In this document: positions 1 through 12,727 of the stretch, piece by piece
Layout: the number at the start of each line of letters is the position of its first letter
Numbering within the stretch: position 1 is the first letter of the stretch
Assembly (NCBI RefSeq): GCF_006345805.1
Contig: NC_043003.1
Coordinates: forward strand, 2,790,001 to 2,854,000
Direction: 5' to 3'
Length of the DNA stretch: 64,000 nt
Source of the DNA: Octopus sinensis
Lineage: Eukaryota
The notes under the pieces: model-generated
What the model was told of the DNA's origin: nothing
The model's database searches: none
The model's input: only the letters and a program-made list of their open reading frames with translations
Program-made: the position numbers and the translations under genes

Positions 1-110
1 TTGATCCTACGCTCTTCTACAGAAAGGGACACAGAAAAAACAAGGAGAGAAAAAATGTGTGTAGTGGCTAATAATCTATCATGGCGACTGCCAGACATGT
101 GTGTAGGGCA

Positions 111-428
111 GTTTATGGGATTACCTTAGGTTTGCCATCCATAAAGGGTTTTGAGATCATTAGAACCCAAAAACTTGTTAGCCCATAAACTCTTAAGTCA
201 TGGGCCAACATTCACTACGGTTATGATGAAATGGCTGTGTGTTGATAGTTAATGTAATATGTATTGTACAATCGACACAGCAATATTAATGTTCTCATCC
301 ATGTCTTTAGGAATATAATTTGATTCCTCACCCACACATTATTGAAACAATTGTAGACCATGGAATAAAATTAATATCGGGTCTTTCTACATTCTTATGG
401 ATGGGAAACCTAAGGTAATCCTATAAAC
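111..428. mobile_element. Putative MITE with ~35-bp terminal inverted repeats
   Basis: 111-146 gtttatgggattaccttaggtttgccatccataa is the reverse complement of 394-428 with about 2 mismatches; AT-rich non-coding interior; no clear TSD. Confidence 0.6.
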
Positions 429-503
429 CATCCTTCCCCATTTTTAATATGTACTTCTCCACATCTTAGAGGGTGCTTCTTTCGGATCTATGTTTTTTAC
501 AAA

Positions 504-504
<1 letters not shown>

Positions 505-556
<52 letters not shown>
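505..556. repeat. (CA)n microsatellite
   Basis: Direct reading. Confidence 0.95.
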
Positions 557-558
<2 letters not shown>

Positions 559-805
559 TATATATATAAAATACAAAAATGGGACAAGAACGCAAAACAT
601 CCAGACAGGTGATACAAAAAAGGGACAACAAAACATCCAAACACACGATACAAAGGAAACAAGGACGAGTCATTTGGAGTTTTCTGTCCTCATTCAAGTT
701 CCAGATTATCTTTGCAATTTCAGCTGGTTATACTCGAGATTGCTCCAATCTGGCCAGGCCCAATATATATATATATACCTTTTCCTTCTTTGGACACTAA
801 ACTCT

Positions 806-1399
806 GCTGCGAAGACCTGTTGAGGCAAGTGAAATCAAAATCAAAATCAAAATCAAATTCGATGACTGACGTCCGTGCTAGCAGGGTGCAAAGAGCACCA
901 TATGAGTGTGATCATTGACAGAGCAGCTAACTGGCTTCCGTGCCAGTGACACTTAAAAGGCACCATTCGAGTGTGATCGTTACCAGCGTTGCCTTACTGG
1001 CACTCAAGCCCCGTGCTAGTAGGGTATTAAGAGCACCATCCGAGTGTGATTGTTGCCAGAGCGGCTATCTGGCCTCCATGCCGGTGGCACATAAAAGACA
1101 CCATTCAAGCGTGATTGTTACCAGCATCGCCTTACTGGCACCTGTGACGGTGGCATGTGTAAAAGATTTGAGCGAGGTCACTGTCAGTACCGCCTGACTG
1201 GCCCCGTGCCGGTTGCATATAAAAGCAGCCACTACACTCTCGGAGTGGTTGGCGTTAGGAAGGGCATCCAGCTGTAGAAACTCTGCCAGATCAAGATTGA
1301 AGCCTGGTGCAACCTCCTGACTTTCCAAACCTCAGTTAAACTGTCCAACCCATGCCACCATGGAAAGCGGATGTTAAACGATGATGATGATGATGATGA
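806..1399 (+). mobile_element. Family C non-autonomous retroelement/SINE with internal tandem modules and (GAT)n tail
   Basis: Core acactctcggagtggttggcgttaggaagggcatccagctgtagaaac...catgccagcatggaaagcggacgttaaacgatgatgat recurs more than 15 times in the window. Confidence 0.85.
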
Positions 1400-2067
1400 G
1401 ATATATATATATATATATATCACTTCTGAGGTGGTTGTTGTTAGGAAGGGCATCCAACTGTAGAAACGGTGCCAAATCAGACTGGAACCTGTTGCAGCTC
1501 TTCGCCTTATCAGTTCCAGTCAATCCGTCTAACCCAAGGAGAGTGGACATTAAATGATAGTGATGATGATGATGATAGTTACTCGTACATATTTTTTACA
1601 CACATACACACGTAAATTGATGTACATACACATGTACATACACGTACATGAGCAAATATATACATACACTTTCACTTGAAGAAAAAAAATCAACAACTGT
1701 CGATCGAATATCAAACATAAAGTTGATGGAAATAGCAAAAATGTTTTTTTAATGAAGATGAGGTTAATAGTTTAAAAAATTATAATCTTCTGGGATAACT
1801 TATCTCCATATATTATTCAATTAACAAAGCAAATGATTAACATAGTGATTAGCCTTTTCCATCATTGGTTGACCGTGTTGCAGAGACAGTGACTTGACCA
1901 CTTCTGCTGGGCCTGAACTGTTTCCAGAGGCAAGTTCTCAGCCCCCAACTTACCACCTCTCACTCATGGATGTGTCACAAAGGAAAAAACTAGTTAATAT
2001 ACTCGCAGCATCAATGAAACTGCAACGGATGTCAAATATTGCTTTAGTATAACCATACGTATAACCA

Positions 2068-2233
2068 GGCGCAGGAGTGGCTGTGTGGTAAGTAGCTTGC
2101 TAACCAACCACATGGTTCCGGGTTCAGTCCCACTACGTGGCATCTTGGGCAAGTGTCTTCTGCTATAGCCCCGGGCCGACCAATGCTTGTGAGTGGATTT
2201 GGTAGACGGAAACTGAAAGAAGCCTGTCGTATA

Positions 2234-2280
<47 letters not shown>

Positions 2281-2500
2281 TTGTGTGTCTGTGTTTGTCC
2301 CTCTAGCATTGCTTGACAATCAGTGCTGGTGTGTTTACGTCCCCGTCACTTAGTGGTTCGGCAAAAGAGACCGATAGAATAAGTACTGGGCTTACAAAGA
2401 ATAAGTCCCGGGGTCGATTTGCTCGACTAAAGGCGGTGCTCCAGCATGGCCGCAGTCAAATGACTGAAACAAGTAAAAGAGTAAAAGAGTAAAGAGAGTA
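2068..2500 (+). mobile_element. Family A tRNA-derived SINE with internal (TA)n
   Basis: tRNA-like head ggcgcaggagtggctgtgtggtaag...ggttcagtccca (A/B-box-like), tail gaaacaagtaaaagagtaaaagag; several copies in the window. Confidence 0.9.
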
Positions 2501-2770
2501 TCTGCCTTAGGGTCCCACCTCTGAATTTTCTGAAGGGATTTACTCACTTCACTTTTTTTTTACAAAGTCTAATAAATTGCCCCACAAAGCAGCAAGGGTT
2601 TAACCAATATAATATATACATATATACATGCATGCATACATGATGGAAAAATTATACGAAATGTATAAAGAGATGATAAGGAGAGCACCGGCACAGTTTA
2701 CCTGTAGTTATCCATTGATTTACTCCAGGTATTTCACAGTGGCACTTGGGGTAATGGTATTAATAAAATA

Positions 2771-3412
2771 GGTCGACTTTGCCTTTCATCCTTTCGGGAT
2801 CGATAAATTAAGTACCAGTTATGCACTGCGGTCAATATAATCGACTTAATCCGTGTGTCTGTCCTTGTTTGCCCTCTCTGTGTTTAGTCCCTTGTGGGTA
2901 GTCATCATCATCATCATTGTTCGACCGTGGTCGAGACAATGGAATTTACCATGCTACGCCAGACTTCACGGTCCATCATGGCATTACGGAGGTCCTGTTG
3001 CTGGATGCCTGTATCCCTGGAGATTACATCAGGGTAGGAGAGTGTGCACCCTCTGGCATTGCAAGTAGATGGCTTCCAGAGGAGAAGAGTAGAAATTACC
3101 TCGTTTTCAGCTCTGCAACAATGTCCAGCAAACTGGACTCTCTTACCTTTCACAGGAGATGACACAGGTGGTAGTTTCCCATATATTTGCATTTTGGTTG
3201 GATGGCGCTTCCACGAGAGATTTTGAGCTCTCATAAGGAGGCAAGTGTAGGTTCCATCCAACCGTCTCTCAAGCTTCTTTGATAACGTCCAGGTTTCTGA
3301 GCCATATAGTAGAATTGGTTCGACTGTGGCTTTGAAGATTTCAAGTTTGAAGTCTCTACTTAGATTTGATGACCAGATCTTATGCATGGGGTTATTAAAG
3401 AAATAGGTATTA
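2771..3412 (+). mobile_element. Family B SINE 3' half, split by an RTE insertion
   Basis: 2771-2890 matches the family B body up to cttgtgggta; the family tail taaagaaataggtatt resumes near 3391. Confidence 0.75.
2891..3390 (-). mobile_element. 5'-truncated RTE-clade LINE, 3' end of ORF2 with (TGA)n tail
   Basis: ORF 2914-3456(-) contains IFKATVEPILLYGSETWTLSKKLERRLDGTY and MDREVWRSMV, typical of the RTE C-terminal region; tail tgatgatgatga. Confidence 0.85.
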
Positions 3413-3639
3413 ATAATATAGGAGATGGAATGTGTGTTAGACTTTATTGAGTACAAGACACGTTTTGACCCATCTTCAGGTACATCAATAAAAAAGTCAC
3501 ATTAGAGATTTCTTGTGTTGGCTTGCTTACCACTATATATCCATCAAATTCGTTTTGTACTTAATAAAAGTCTAATACACATTCCATCTCCTGTTTTATT
3601 AATACTATATAAACATACACACACACACACACACATATA

Positions 3640-3713
<74 letters not shown>

Positions 3714-3714
<1 letters not shown>

Positions 3715-4365
3715 CATCATCATCATCATCCTCATCATTTAACGTCCGCTTTCCATGCTGGCATGGGTTGGACAGTTTGAGTGAGGGCTGGCGAGCCAGG
3801 AGGCTGCACCAGGCTCCAATCTGATCTGGCAAAGTGTCTACAGCCGGATAACCTTCCTAATGCCAACCACTCTGAGAGTGTAGTGGGTGCTTTTTACGTG
3901 CCACTGGCACAAGGGTCAGTCATGCGGCACTGGCAACGACCACGCTCAAATGTTGTTTTTCACACGCCACCAGCACATATGCCAGTAAGGCAACGCTGGC
4001 AATGATCACGCTCGAATGGTGCGTTTGATGTGCCACTGGTACAGGATCCAGTCAGTGGACCTAGCAACAATCACGCACGGATGGTGCTTTTAACATTTCA
4101 CTGGCACAAATGTCAATCAAGCAGGACTGTCATCGGCCACGTCAGCGATTTTCATTTCACTTGCCTCAACAGGTCTTCGCAAGCAAAGTTTATTGTCCAA
4201 TGAATGAAGGTTACTCATAAGTGGGCTGGTTATGCACCACTGGCATAGGTCACGGTCTCACTTGGCTTGTCAGGTCTTCTCAAGCACAGCATATCTCCAA
4301 AGGTCTCGGTGACTAGTCATTGCCTCGATGAGGCCCAGTGTTTGAAGGTCGTACTTCGACTTTTA
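3714..4365 (-). mobile_element. Family C element
   Basis: Reverse complement of the family C core; (CAT)n at 3714. Confidence 0.85.
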
Positions 4366-4577
4366 TAATCTCATGAACCACCCTTTGTGGATGTACTTTC
4401 TTATTTTTAGTTGCTCTAACAATGATATGCATTTCGTTTGCATAATGTTTCTACAGCCGGTTCCCATTCCTCATTTAAAATTTCTTGTAATTCTTTTCCA
4501 TATTTTGTTATTTTTCACTGAGAACAGGAGTGCCAGGGTCACTTCAAATTCCTTTCTCAGTGGCATCATCGTTTATT

Positions 4578-4608
<31 letters not shown>

Positions 4609-4855
4609 TTCCTTCTTTATATACACATGGTTTTTACACACACACACACATACACACACACACACACATACATATATATATACATGTTTTATATGCATAC
4701 TCTTTATATACATATATGCGTTTTGCAGTCTGGCATATTTCATGCTTTTCAAGATCATATCAAAGAAAATCAAGCTAACACCCTCAGACTTTTATCTGAT
4801 GAAGTACAGCTGTCATCTTATTTTTTGCTTCTCATACATATATGTATAGGTATAT

Positions 4856-4891
<36 letters not shown>

Positions 4892-5176
4892 ATATGTATA
4901 TGTATGTATGTGTCTGTATATATGTATGTATGTATATATGTATGTATGTATATATGTATATATATATATATGTATGTATGTATATATATATATACACACA
5001 CACACACACAGACACACAGGGTATGGTGAATAAGCTGTCGTCTATATTGCGCAAAAATGAAAATAACACTGACATCGCATTTTATCAGATATATTTACCA
5101 AAATTACATAAAAATATCTTGAAATACTAAAGAATGAATTTATTTTCAATAACGTGTGTGTGTATGTATTACTAAC

Positions 5177-5257
5177 CTGGTAAAGCATGATGGGAAACTG
5201 CTTCATGGAAAATGGTGAATACTGACCAAAGAGTGATGTGACAACTTCTTCATGAGT
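5177..5257 (-). CDS. PARS2: Mitochondrial prolyl-tRNA synthetase, coding exon 4 (THEEVVTSLFGQYSPFSMKQFPIMLYQ)
   Basis: 81 nt, acceptor ttttttcttgatag, donor CAG|gttagt, phase 0/0; matches the ProRS PTHEE...YKQLP..LYQ segment. Confidence 0.93.
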
Positions 5258-5542
5258 CTATCAAGAAAAAAATGTAAGAAGCAAGAATAAAAACAAAAAT
5301 GTCACATAAAAAAAGAAGTCTGTTTAATGTAGCAAACAAATGCAAAAGAATCTGTTCATCTTTAATAATGGAATCATTGCTGATCTTTACATTCAAGACA
5401 CAAGATCTTAATTCTATTGGACCAGTGATGCAGGAGGGAGATAACTTCTTTTCCACATCACTGAATCTTCAATAGTTGAAGTCCACTTTTAGTCTCTCAA
5501 AGTAAAGGAATTTCATGGTACATTTAATATTCTTGTTTTGTT

Positions 5543-5728
5543 AAAGCGGCAAGCTGGCAAAACCGTTAGCATGCCAGGCAAAATGCTTAGCAGTATTTTG
5601 TCTGTCTTTAAGTTCCAAGTTCAAATTCCGCCGAGGTCGACTTTGCCTTTCATTCTTTCGGGGTCAAAATCTAATCAACTGCCCCTACTCCCAAAACATT
5701 TCGGGCCTTGTGCCTAGAATAGAAAAGA
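5543..5728 (+). mobile_element. Family B tRNA-derived SINE
   Basis: gcggcaagctggcaaaaccgttagc...gttcaaattccgccgaggtcgactttgcctttcat. Confidence 0.85.
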
Positions 5729-6017
5729 ATATGTTTTGTTTTGTTGTTTAACACCTGGTCAGATGTGATGAAGTAGATCTATGGACAAAAGCATTCCATC
5801 CACGACCACTCCCTGTATTTCTTTAAGAATATGGAGTAGTACGACTGCAACTACATTAATGTGCACCTGCCTCGTTTAAGATGATTAGGGTGCAATGTGC
5901 AGGAGATTAGGCTGCTATTTGCAAAAGTCAAGTAACCACATAGGGGCTCCCTTACTGAGTCATATAACATCCTAGTCATCCGATTGGAGGTCATCCGGTA
6001 CACAATGGGTGATAGTG

Positions 6018-6440
6018 AAGGTGCGTGGCTTAGTGGTTAAGGTACACGGCACACAAGCGTAATGTCATGAGTTCAATTCCTGGCAGTGCCTTGTATCCTT
6101 GAACAAGACACTTTATTTCATATTGCTCTAATCCACTCAGCTGACAAAATGTGTCGTATCTCTAGTTGAAAGGATTGGCTTTGTTACATCGTGTAACATG
6201 TTGAATCATCACCACCACCACCACCATCATCATCATCATTCTCCTCCTCCCCCTCCTCTTCCTCCTTTAACGTCCATTTTTCGTGCTGGCGTGGATGGGT
6301 TGGACTGAATCTCCCCGAGAACTACGTTAAGGGTACCTGTGTCAGTGGAGTACTCAGTCACTTTCATGTTAACTTCACGAGCAGGCTGTTCCATTGGTCG
6401 GACCAACTGGAACACTCGTCATCGTGGTGGTGGTGGTGGT
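6018..6440 (+). mobile_element. Family D tRNA-derived SINE, interrupted by a short family C fragment
   Basis: Head ggtgcgtggcttagtggttaagg...gagttcaattcctgg; tail gagcaggctgttccattggtcggaccaactggaac is shared in reverse with 20625-21165. Confidence 0.7.
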
Positions 6441-7146
6441 AGTAGTAGTAGTAGTAGTTTAGTGCTGATAAATATATCTATCGTTGATCTACATCAGTTA
6501 CTGATATATATACAAGGGGGTGGATGCTGAAAAGATCTTGGCTTTGGGTAAAAAGAAAATTCAGGAAGATCAGTTAATTATGATTTTATTCCATAAATTT
6601 CCCCTCTCAGATTCACACACAATTATTGCAGCAAATCCTTCAGTTTTTCTAAGCCCTGTAAAAGAACTTGGAAATTTGGGCTTCCAGCCAGGCCTTTCAC
6701 GATACCCTTCAAGCCATGAAATTTTTACTCACAAAATATTAGTCAAGTCAATCTGAGGCCAGAGAAGAAGAAATTTACTTGCTTAAAACACTGTGTCCTA
6801 GAATTGAACCTGGAACCATATGGTTGCGAAGCTAAGTTTTTAACCATACCACCATAACTGACACTAACGATATACTGGATATAGACTTCCAGGGAGCAGT
6901 TGAGGATTATGCTCTCATCACCCTCATATAGATTATTTCAGCCATCAAAACATCTGAATGATCCTCACCATCATTTAACACCCATATTGGCATGGATTGG
7001 ACAGTTCAACCGGATCCAATGGGCCCAAGGACTGCATTATGACCCATTGCCTGCAGTGGCATGGGTTCTATGGCTGGATGCCTTTCCTAATGCCAACCAC
7101 TTTTTAGAGTGTATTGGGTGTCTTATTTTCTGTGTCACCAACACTA

Positions 7147-7356
7147 CTCTTTTACTTGTTTCAGTCATGTGACTGTGGGCATGCTGGAGCACCGCCTTTA
7201 GTCGAGCAGATCGACCCCAGGACTTATTCTTTGTAAGCCTAGTACTTATTCTTTTGGTCTCTTTTGCTGAACCGCTAGGTTACAGTGACGTAAACACACC
7301 AGCATCGGTTGTCAAGCGATGTTGGGGTGACAAACACAGACACACAAACACACACT

Positions 7357-7410
<54 letters not shown>

Positions 7411-7579
7411 TACAATGGGCTTTTTTCAGTTTCCGTCCGTCAACCAAATCCACTCACAAGGCTTTGGTTGGCCTGAAGCTATAGTAGAAGACACTTGCTC
7501 AAGGTGCCACGCAGTGGGACTGAACCCGGAACCATGTTGTTTGTAAGCAAGCAACTTACCACACAGCCACTCCTACGCC
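7147..7579 (-). mobile_element. Family A SINE
   Basis: Reverse complement of the 2068-2500 family. Confidence 0.9.
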
Positions 7580-7845
7580 TAGTGAGGTTACTATGAAGAT
7601 TGCAGGACCACAAGCTCAGCAGAAGGGTCAGTTTTATGTTAGAGAATAAGGGATTAAAGCATGAGGAAACCAAGGGAAAGGGCAGAGCAGGTCTGTTGGT
7701 ACGATTATCAAATCAGCAGAAAAATAAAGGAAAATTTAAAGTTGCAAGCCTCATAATCTTAAAGACAGTCAAAGTAGCAAAGATATTAGGGGTGTTTAGC
7801 ATTATTTAGACAAAGGTATAAAAGAAATGAATTTTTCACACTTAC

Positions 7846-7913
7846 TGGAGACAGACACATATCCTGGTGATGTCTATCACTGAGTTTAAAAACTTCCTTC
7901 AGACTCCATCGAC
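7846..7913 (-). CDS. PARS2: Mitochondrial prolyl-tRNA synthetase, coding exon 3 ((G)RWSLKEVFKLSDRHHQDMCLSP)
   Basis: 68 nt, acceptor tgtttag, donor CCA|gtaagt, phase 1/0; joins exon 2 and exon 4 in frame; matches RW..KEL.RL.DR....CLGP. Confidence 0.93.
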
Positions 7914-8049
7914 CTAAACATTTGATAAAAATTGATCAGATGGAAAATTAAGAATTCAAGTAATATTTTATTAGCAAATCCTTCAAATATGAACAACGAA
8001 ACATGATGAATACATAATAATACGTAAATGTTGTGCTTCAAATAACCAC

Positions 8050-8347
8050 AGCATCATGGTATGGACCAGATTATCAGATGGTGTTATACATTGCTGGTCA
8101 CAATGCGCTTTGCATTGTTTTAGCTTTCAAATGATGCCACCCGACTGGCTATGCGAGCTGACCAACAATCCCCTCTGTTCAGAAGACTATTCTGTTGCAG
8201 GGTGACCCATTTGTGGCTGAGTGGACTGAGGCAATGTGAAATGAAGTGTTTTGCTCAAAACCACAACATGCTGCCTGCTCTGGGAATTGAACCTATGATC
8301 TAGCGATTGTGAATGCAACACTCTAACTGCTAGACCATGTGCCTTCA
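8050..8347 (-). mobile_element. Family D-like SINE
   Basis: Reverse tRNA-like head (gggaattgaacc...ctagaccatgtgccttc) and a body similar to 6018-6200. Confidence 0.65.
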
Positions 8348-8529
8348 CGTGTTTCAAATACAGGATTTGTGCAAATTGACAAATGATATGAGTTCAGTTT
8401 TATGTTTATCAATGCAAACCTTGATCACTTTTAAATGTGAAACCTAGAAAGCGAACGAGAGTCAGTTCAACCAACGATTTCAATTTGTACTTTGAATTTC
8501 AATTACTTTAATTACTTTAATTAAAAAAA

Positions 8530-8938
8530 ATAAAATTTTGGAGCAGGGATTAAGTCAATTACATCGACTCCAGTGCTGCACTGGTACTTATTTATCTGAC
8601 CCCGAAAGGGTGAAAAGAAAGCCAATCTCAGCAGGATTTGATCTCAGAGCATAAAGTCAGAAAAAATGCTGACACAGTAACAATTCTGCCAGCACACAGC
8701 CTTCCAAAAATAAGTACATACTTTTTTCTACTCTAGGGACAAGGCCCAAAATTTTTGGGGAGGGGGCCAGTCGATTAGATCGACCCCAGTCTGCAACTGG
8801 TACTCAATTTATCAACCCTGAAAGGATGAAAGGCGAAGTCAACCTCGGCAGAATTTCAACTCAGAATATAAAGACAGTCGAAATGCCATTAAGCATTTCG
8901 CCTGGCATCCTAAAGTTTCTGCCCACTCACTGCCTTAA
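8530..8938 (-). mobile_element. Two tandem family B SINEs
   Basis: Two successive copies of ctggtactta.ttat.gaccc.gaaagg.tgaaag...ttgaactcag. Confidence 0.8.
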
Positions 8939-9035
8939 AATAAATAGATATCAAAAAAGTAAATTTAACAGCTTTGTGTATTATTAAGTAGTTCTTCCAT
9001 AATGAGAGGCCTCAAATATTTTGCAAAAAATTTCC

Positions 9036-9710
<675 letters not shown>

Positions 9711-9813
9711 GTATATGTATGAAATTTTGAATTTAGTTCACGGACCTCCAGCACTACCTTTGCAGACCACCCAGGGGTTTGCAGACCCGAGGTTGGGAAC
9801 CACTGCTTTAGTA

Positions 9814-10425
9814 TAGTGATTCTGAACTGGAGTCCAAATGATCTCTAGGAGTCCATATGAAATTCAGAGGTGGGGGCCACACAAACCAAATAGCAAATTG
9901 GTGATCCATAGTAGTATATTAAGGGTCCATGAAAAAGGTTTGATTTAGATGTATTTACTTCAAGAAACAACTAGGGTTTTTTCATCATCATTATCATCCT
10001 TTAACTTCCACTTTCCATGCTGGCATGAGTTGGACGGTTTGATTGGAACTGGTAAGCTGGGGAGCTGCACCAGGTTCCAATCTGATCTGGCAAGGTTTCT
10101 ATGGCTGGAGCTTTCCCCTAATGGCAACCACTCCAAGAGTGTAATGGGTGCTTTTTACATGTCATTGTTATGGGTGCTGATGACCTGACAATGGCATCGG
10201 CCACAACTATGGTCTTACTTGGTTTGACAGGTCAACAGAAGCACGGTGAATCACCAAAGATCTTGGTCACCTAACCTACATAAATTAATGTGTGACAAAC
10301 AAAAAAGAAATTTTGAAAGAAGTATCTATAAAGCTAGTTTTTAAGAATTGGATGGCCATGGGGGTCCACCAGAATAAAATAGTAATCAAAGAAGTCCACA
10401 GATAAAAAATGGTCGAGAACCACTG
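9814..10425. mobile_element. hAT (Charlie-like) MITE containing a family C insertion, abutting the end of another hAT MITE at 9805
   Basis: Degenerate left TIR tagtgattctgaac, right TIR gagaaccactg; flanks ctttagta/ctttaaag; upstream element ends ttgggaaccactg. Confidence 0.6.
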
Positions 10426-10550
10426 CTTTAAAGCATAAATGAAGAGGGCCGCCTGGGTTCAATGGAGTGTTCATTTTGTAAAGCTCTGACAAAACTTGGA
10501 ATTACTGGGGCTAAAAATTTTCTCACTGAAACTGCAGTGAGGGCCATTAA

Positions 10551-10759
10551 CCCTTTAGTGTTCAGATTATTCTATCAAACATAATGCCTATTGATTCCCA
10601 TTGATTTGAATTAATCTCATGTCTTCAAGATCTTGATGGTGTAATTACTTAATGTAGAATAACATTGTAGGGTAGGTGTGAGAGCCTGGATCTGCTCAGT
10701 TTGAACATAAAACAGATTAACTATTTTGGCCGGATATGGCCGGTTTAAATACTAAAGGG
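10551..10759. mobile_element. piggyBac-type MITE
   Basis: TTAA|CCCTTTAGTGTT ... AATACTAAAGGG|TTAA. Confidence 0.85.
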
Positions 10760-11004
10760 TTAAGCAGCTTTGGATAAAGAGGGATGACCGGTAGTTAGCT
10801 GTAATTGTGATGCAAACCAGGGCTTAATCAACCGTGGCTGAATCAACCGGGTGAGAAGGTCCGATGTCTAAAGACCTGAAATCCTTTGGGGCCCTAGAAA
10901 CATCACTGATGATGCACCTCAGAGCATCTGTTTGATCAATTTTGGTCCAAGTTTTTTTTAATTTACTGGAAGAGGAAACAGAATGGAAAAGAAATTGAAA
11001 TTAC

Positions 11005-11182
11005 CTGATGTTTTCCATAAACTTGCTGGCACCATAGATGGCATGACCATCTTCTGAGCACCTGTTGCTTCCATTTCTTCATCAATAAGGCGTCTGAGTT
11101 TTTCCAATGCCCTCATTCCCAAGGGAAGGATATAATAATGGCCAGAATAACACTGCTGGATGATTTCATTGTATAACATCAG
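11005..11182 (-). CDS. PARS2: Mitochondrial prolyl-tRNA synthetase, coding exon 2 (LMLYNEIIQQCYSGHYYILPLGMRALEKLRRLIDEEMEATGAQKMVMPSMVPASLWKTS(G))
   Basis: 178 nt, acceptor ttttcttttcaag, donor CAG|gtaatt, phase 0/1; class IIa aaRS motif 1 region (bacterial-type/mitochondrial ProRS). Confidence 0.95.
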
Positions 11183-11200
11183 CTTGAAAAGAAAATTCAT

Positions 11201-11230
11201 GATAATAATAATAATAATAATAAAATAATA

Positions 11231-11268
<38 letters not shown>

Positions 11269-11285
11269 AGCAATAATAATAATAT
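11201..11285. repeat. Compound (ATA)n(ATG)n(ATA)n microsatellite
   Basis: Direct reading; starts about 18 nt from the exon 2 acceptor. Confidence 0.95.
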
Positions 11286-11294
11286 GGCAAGACC

Positions 11295-11925
11295 ATTTGT
11301 ATGGACAGGCTAGCGATACTGTCAGGGGAGGTTATGAAGCAGATAAAAGAGACGGGCTATAAATACTTGGGGATATTGGAAATGGATAAATTGATGGAGA
11401 AAGAAATGACCGAAAAATTTAAGGCGGAATACTTGCGCAGACTGAGACTGATCCTTAAGTCGAATTTTATCGGACAGAATAAGATTGATGCTATCAACAC
11501 CTGGGTGGTTTCACTCCTTAGATATGGAGTAAGGATAATCGCATGGACAGTAGACGAACTAAACAGCTTAGACAGAAAGACAAGGAAGTTGCTGACAAGA
11601 TATGGATCATTCCGCCCAAAAAGTGACACAGACAGACTGTATGTACCAAGAAAAAGAGGGGGAAGAGGACTTATTGGATGCAAACACAGCATTAGAGCAG
11701 AAGAAAACAACATAGCATGGTAGTAAAAAATTCCACAGAACCGCCATTACTAAAAGTAGGAAAGTCAGGCTTGTGTAAGATGAAAGATTACAAAGATAAA
11801 GCACTGTACAAGAAATTGAAAACGAATGAAACTGAAAATAGGTGGATAAAGAAAAGAATGCATGGTCAGTTTCATAGGGATGTTGAAGATCAGACAGACA
11901 GAGAAAAAGATGGCTGTGGATGACT
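11295..11925 (+). mobile_element. Degenerate R4/Dong-like non-LTR retrotransposon fragment (late RT/thumb region)
   Basis: GYKYLGILE, NKIDAINTWVVSLLRYG, LDRKTRKLLT, DRLYVPRKRGGRGL; stop/frame break near 11723. Confidence 0.75.
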
Positions 11926-12369
11926 AATATATGCAGTTTTCTCTGTGCCTTATTACAGCTTGTATTGATGCAGCCTTGCCTTGGTGGGTTGGTTTGTGTA
12001 CCTTAATGACCATGAGAGCTATACCAGAAGAGTGCAAGCTCAGGTAAGGCCTCCCATGTTGGACAGATCAAAGGGTAGAGGCCAGACTAATAAGGACCAA
12101 CTCTTCTCAGAAGTAAAAATGGGATTGAATAGGGCCAATACACCTACCTAGAAAAAGCAAAGTTACTGAAGCATCAATGACAAAACCAACAAGACCTGTG
12201 AGAGGGGTGGGGGCCTCCTTCAGGTAAACAGGTGAAGCAGAATCTGAAAGGAAAAATTAAGGGTCCAACTGGAGAAAAGCAGAAAAGACAGCCCAGAATC
12301 ACGAACAATAAAGAAAAGTTGTAGATGGCCTACACTCCATAAGGAGCAAAGGGCTTCAGTACTGATGGG

Positions 12370-12727
12370 GAAGCACCTGCACTGGCAGTACATAAAAAGC
12401 ACCAGGGCTGGTACCATATAAAAAGCACCCAGGCCCGCACCATGTTAAAAGTACCAGGGCTGGTGCCATATAAGGAGCACCTGGGCCTGCACCATGCTAA
12501 AAGTTCTTGTGCTGGTGCCATGTAAAAAGCTACCATGCTGTTAGCTCATAAAAAGCATCCAGTACACTGTGTAAAGTGGTTGGCATTAGAGAGGGCATCC
12601 AGCTGTAGAAACCAAGCCAAAAACAGGCTATGGAACCTGGTGCAGCCATCCCAATTTACCAGCTCCTGTCAAACTATCTAACACATGCCAGCATGGAAAA
12701 CGGATGTCCAATGATGATGATGATGAT
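12370..12727 (+). mobile_element. Family C element
   Basis: Tandem aaaaagcacc modules, core and (GAT)n tail. Confidence 0.8.

Noticed and set aside
2068-2150. tRNA genes at SINE heads (also 6018, 57570, 61025)
   Set aside because: A/B-box-like heads continue into SINE bodies and lack complete cloverleafs
1-5176. Next PARS2 exon (motif 2, FRDE...REF.MKD)
   Set aside because: Not found by eye on the minus strand; presumed left of the window, though I may have missed a short exon
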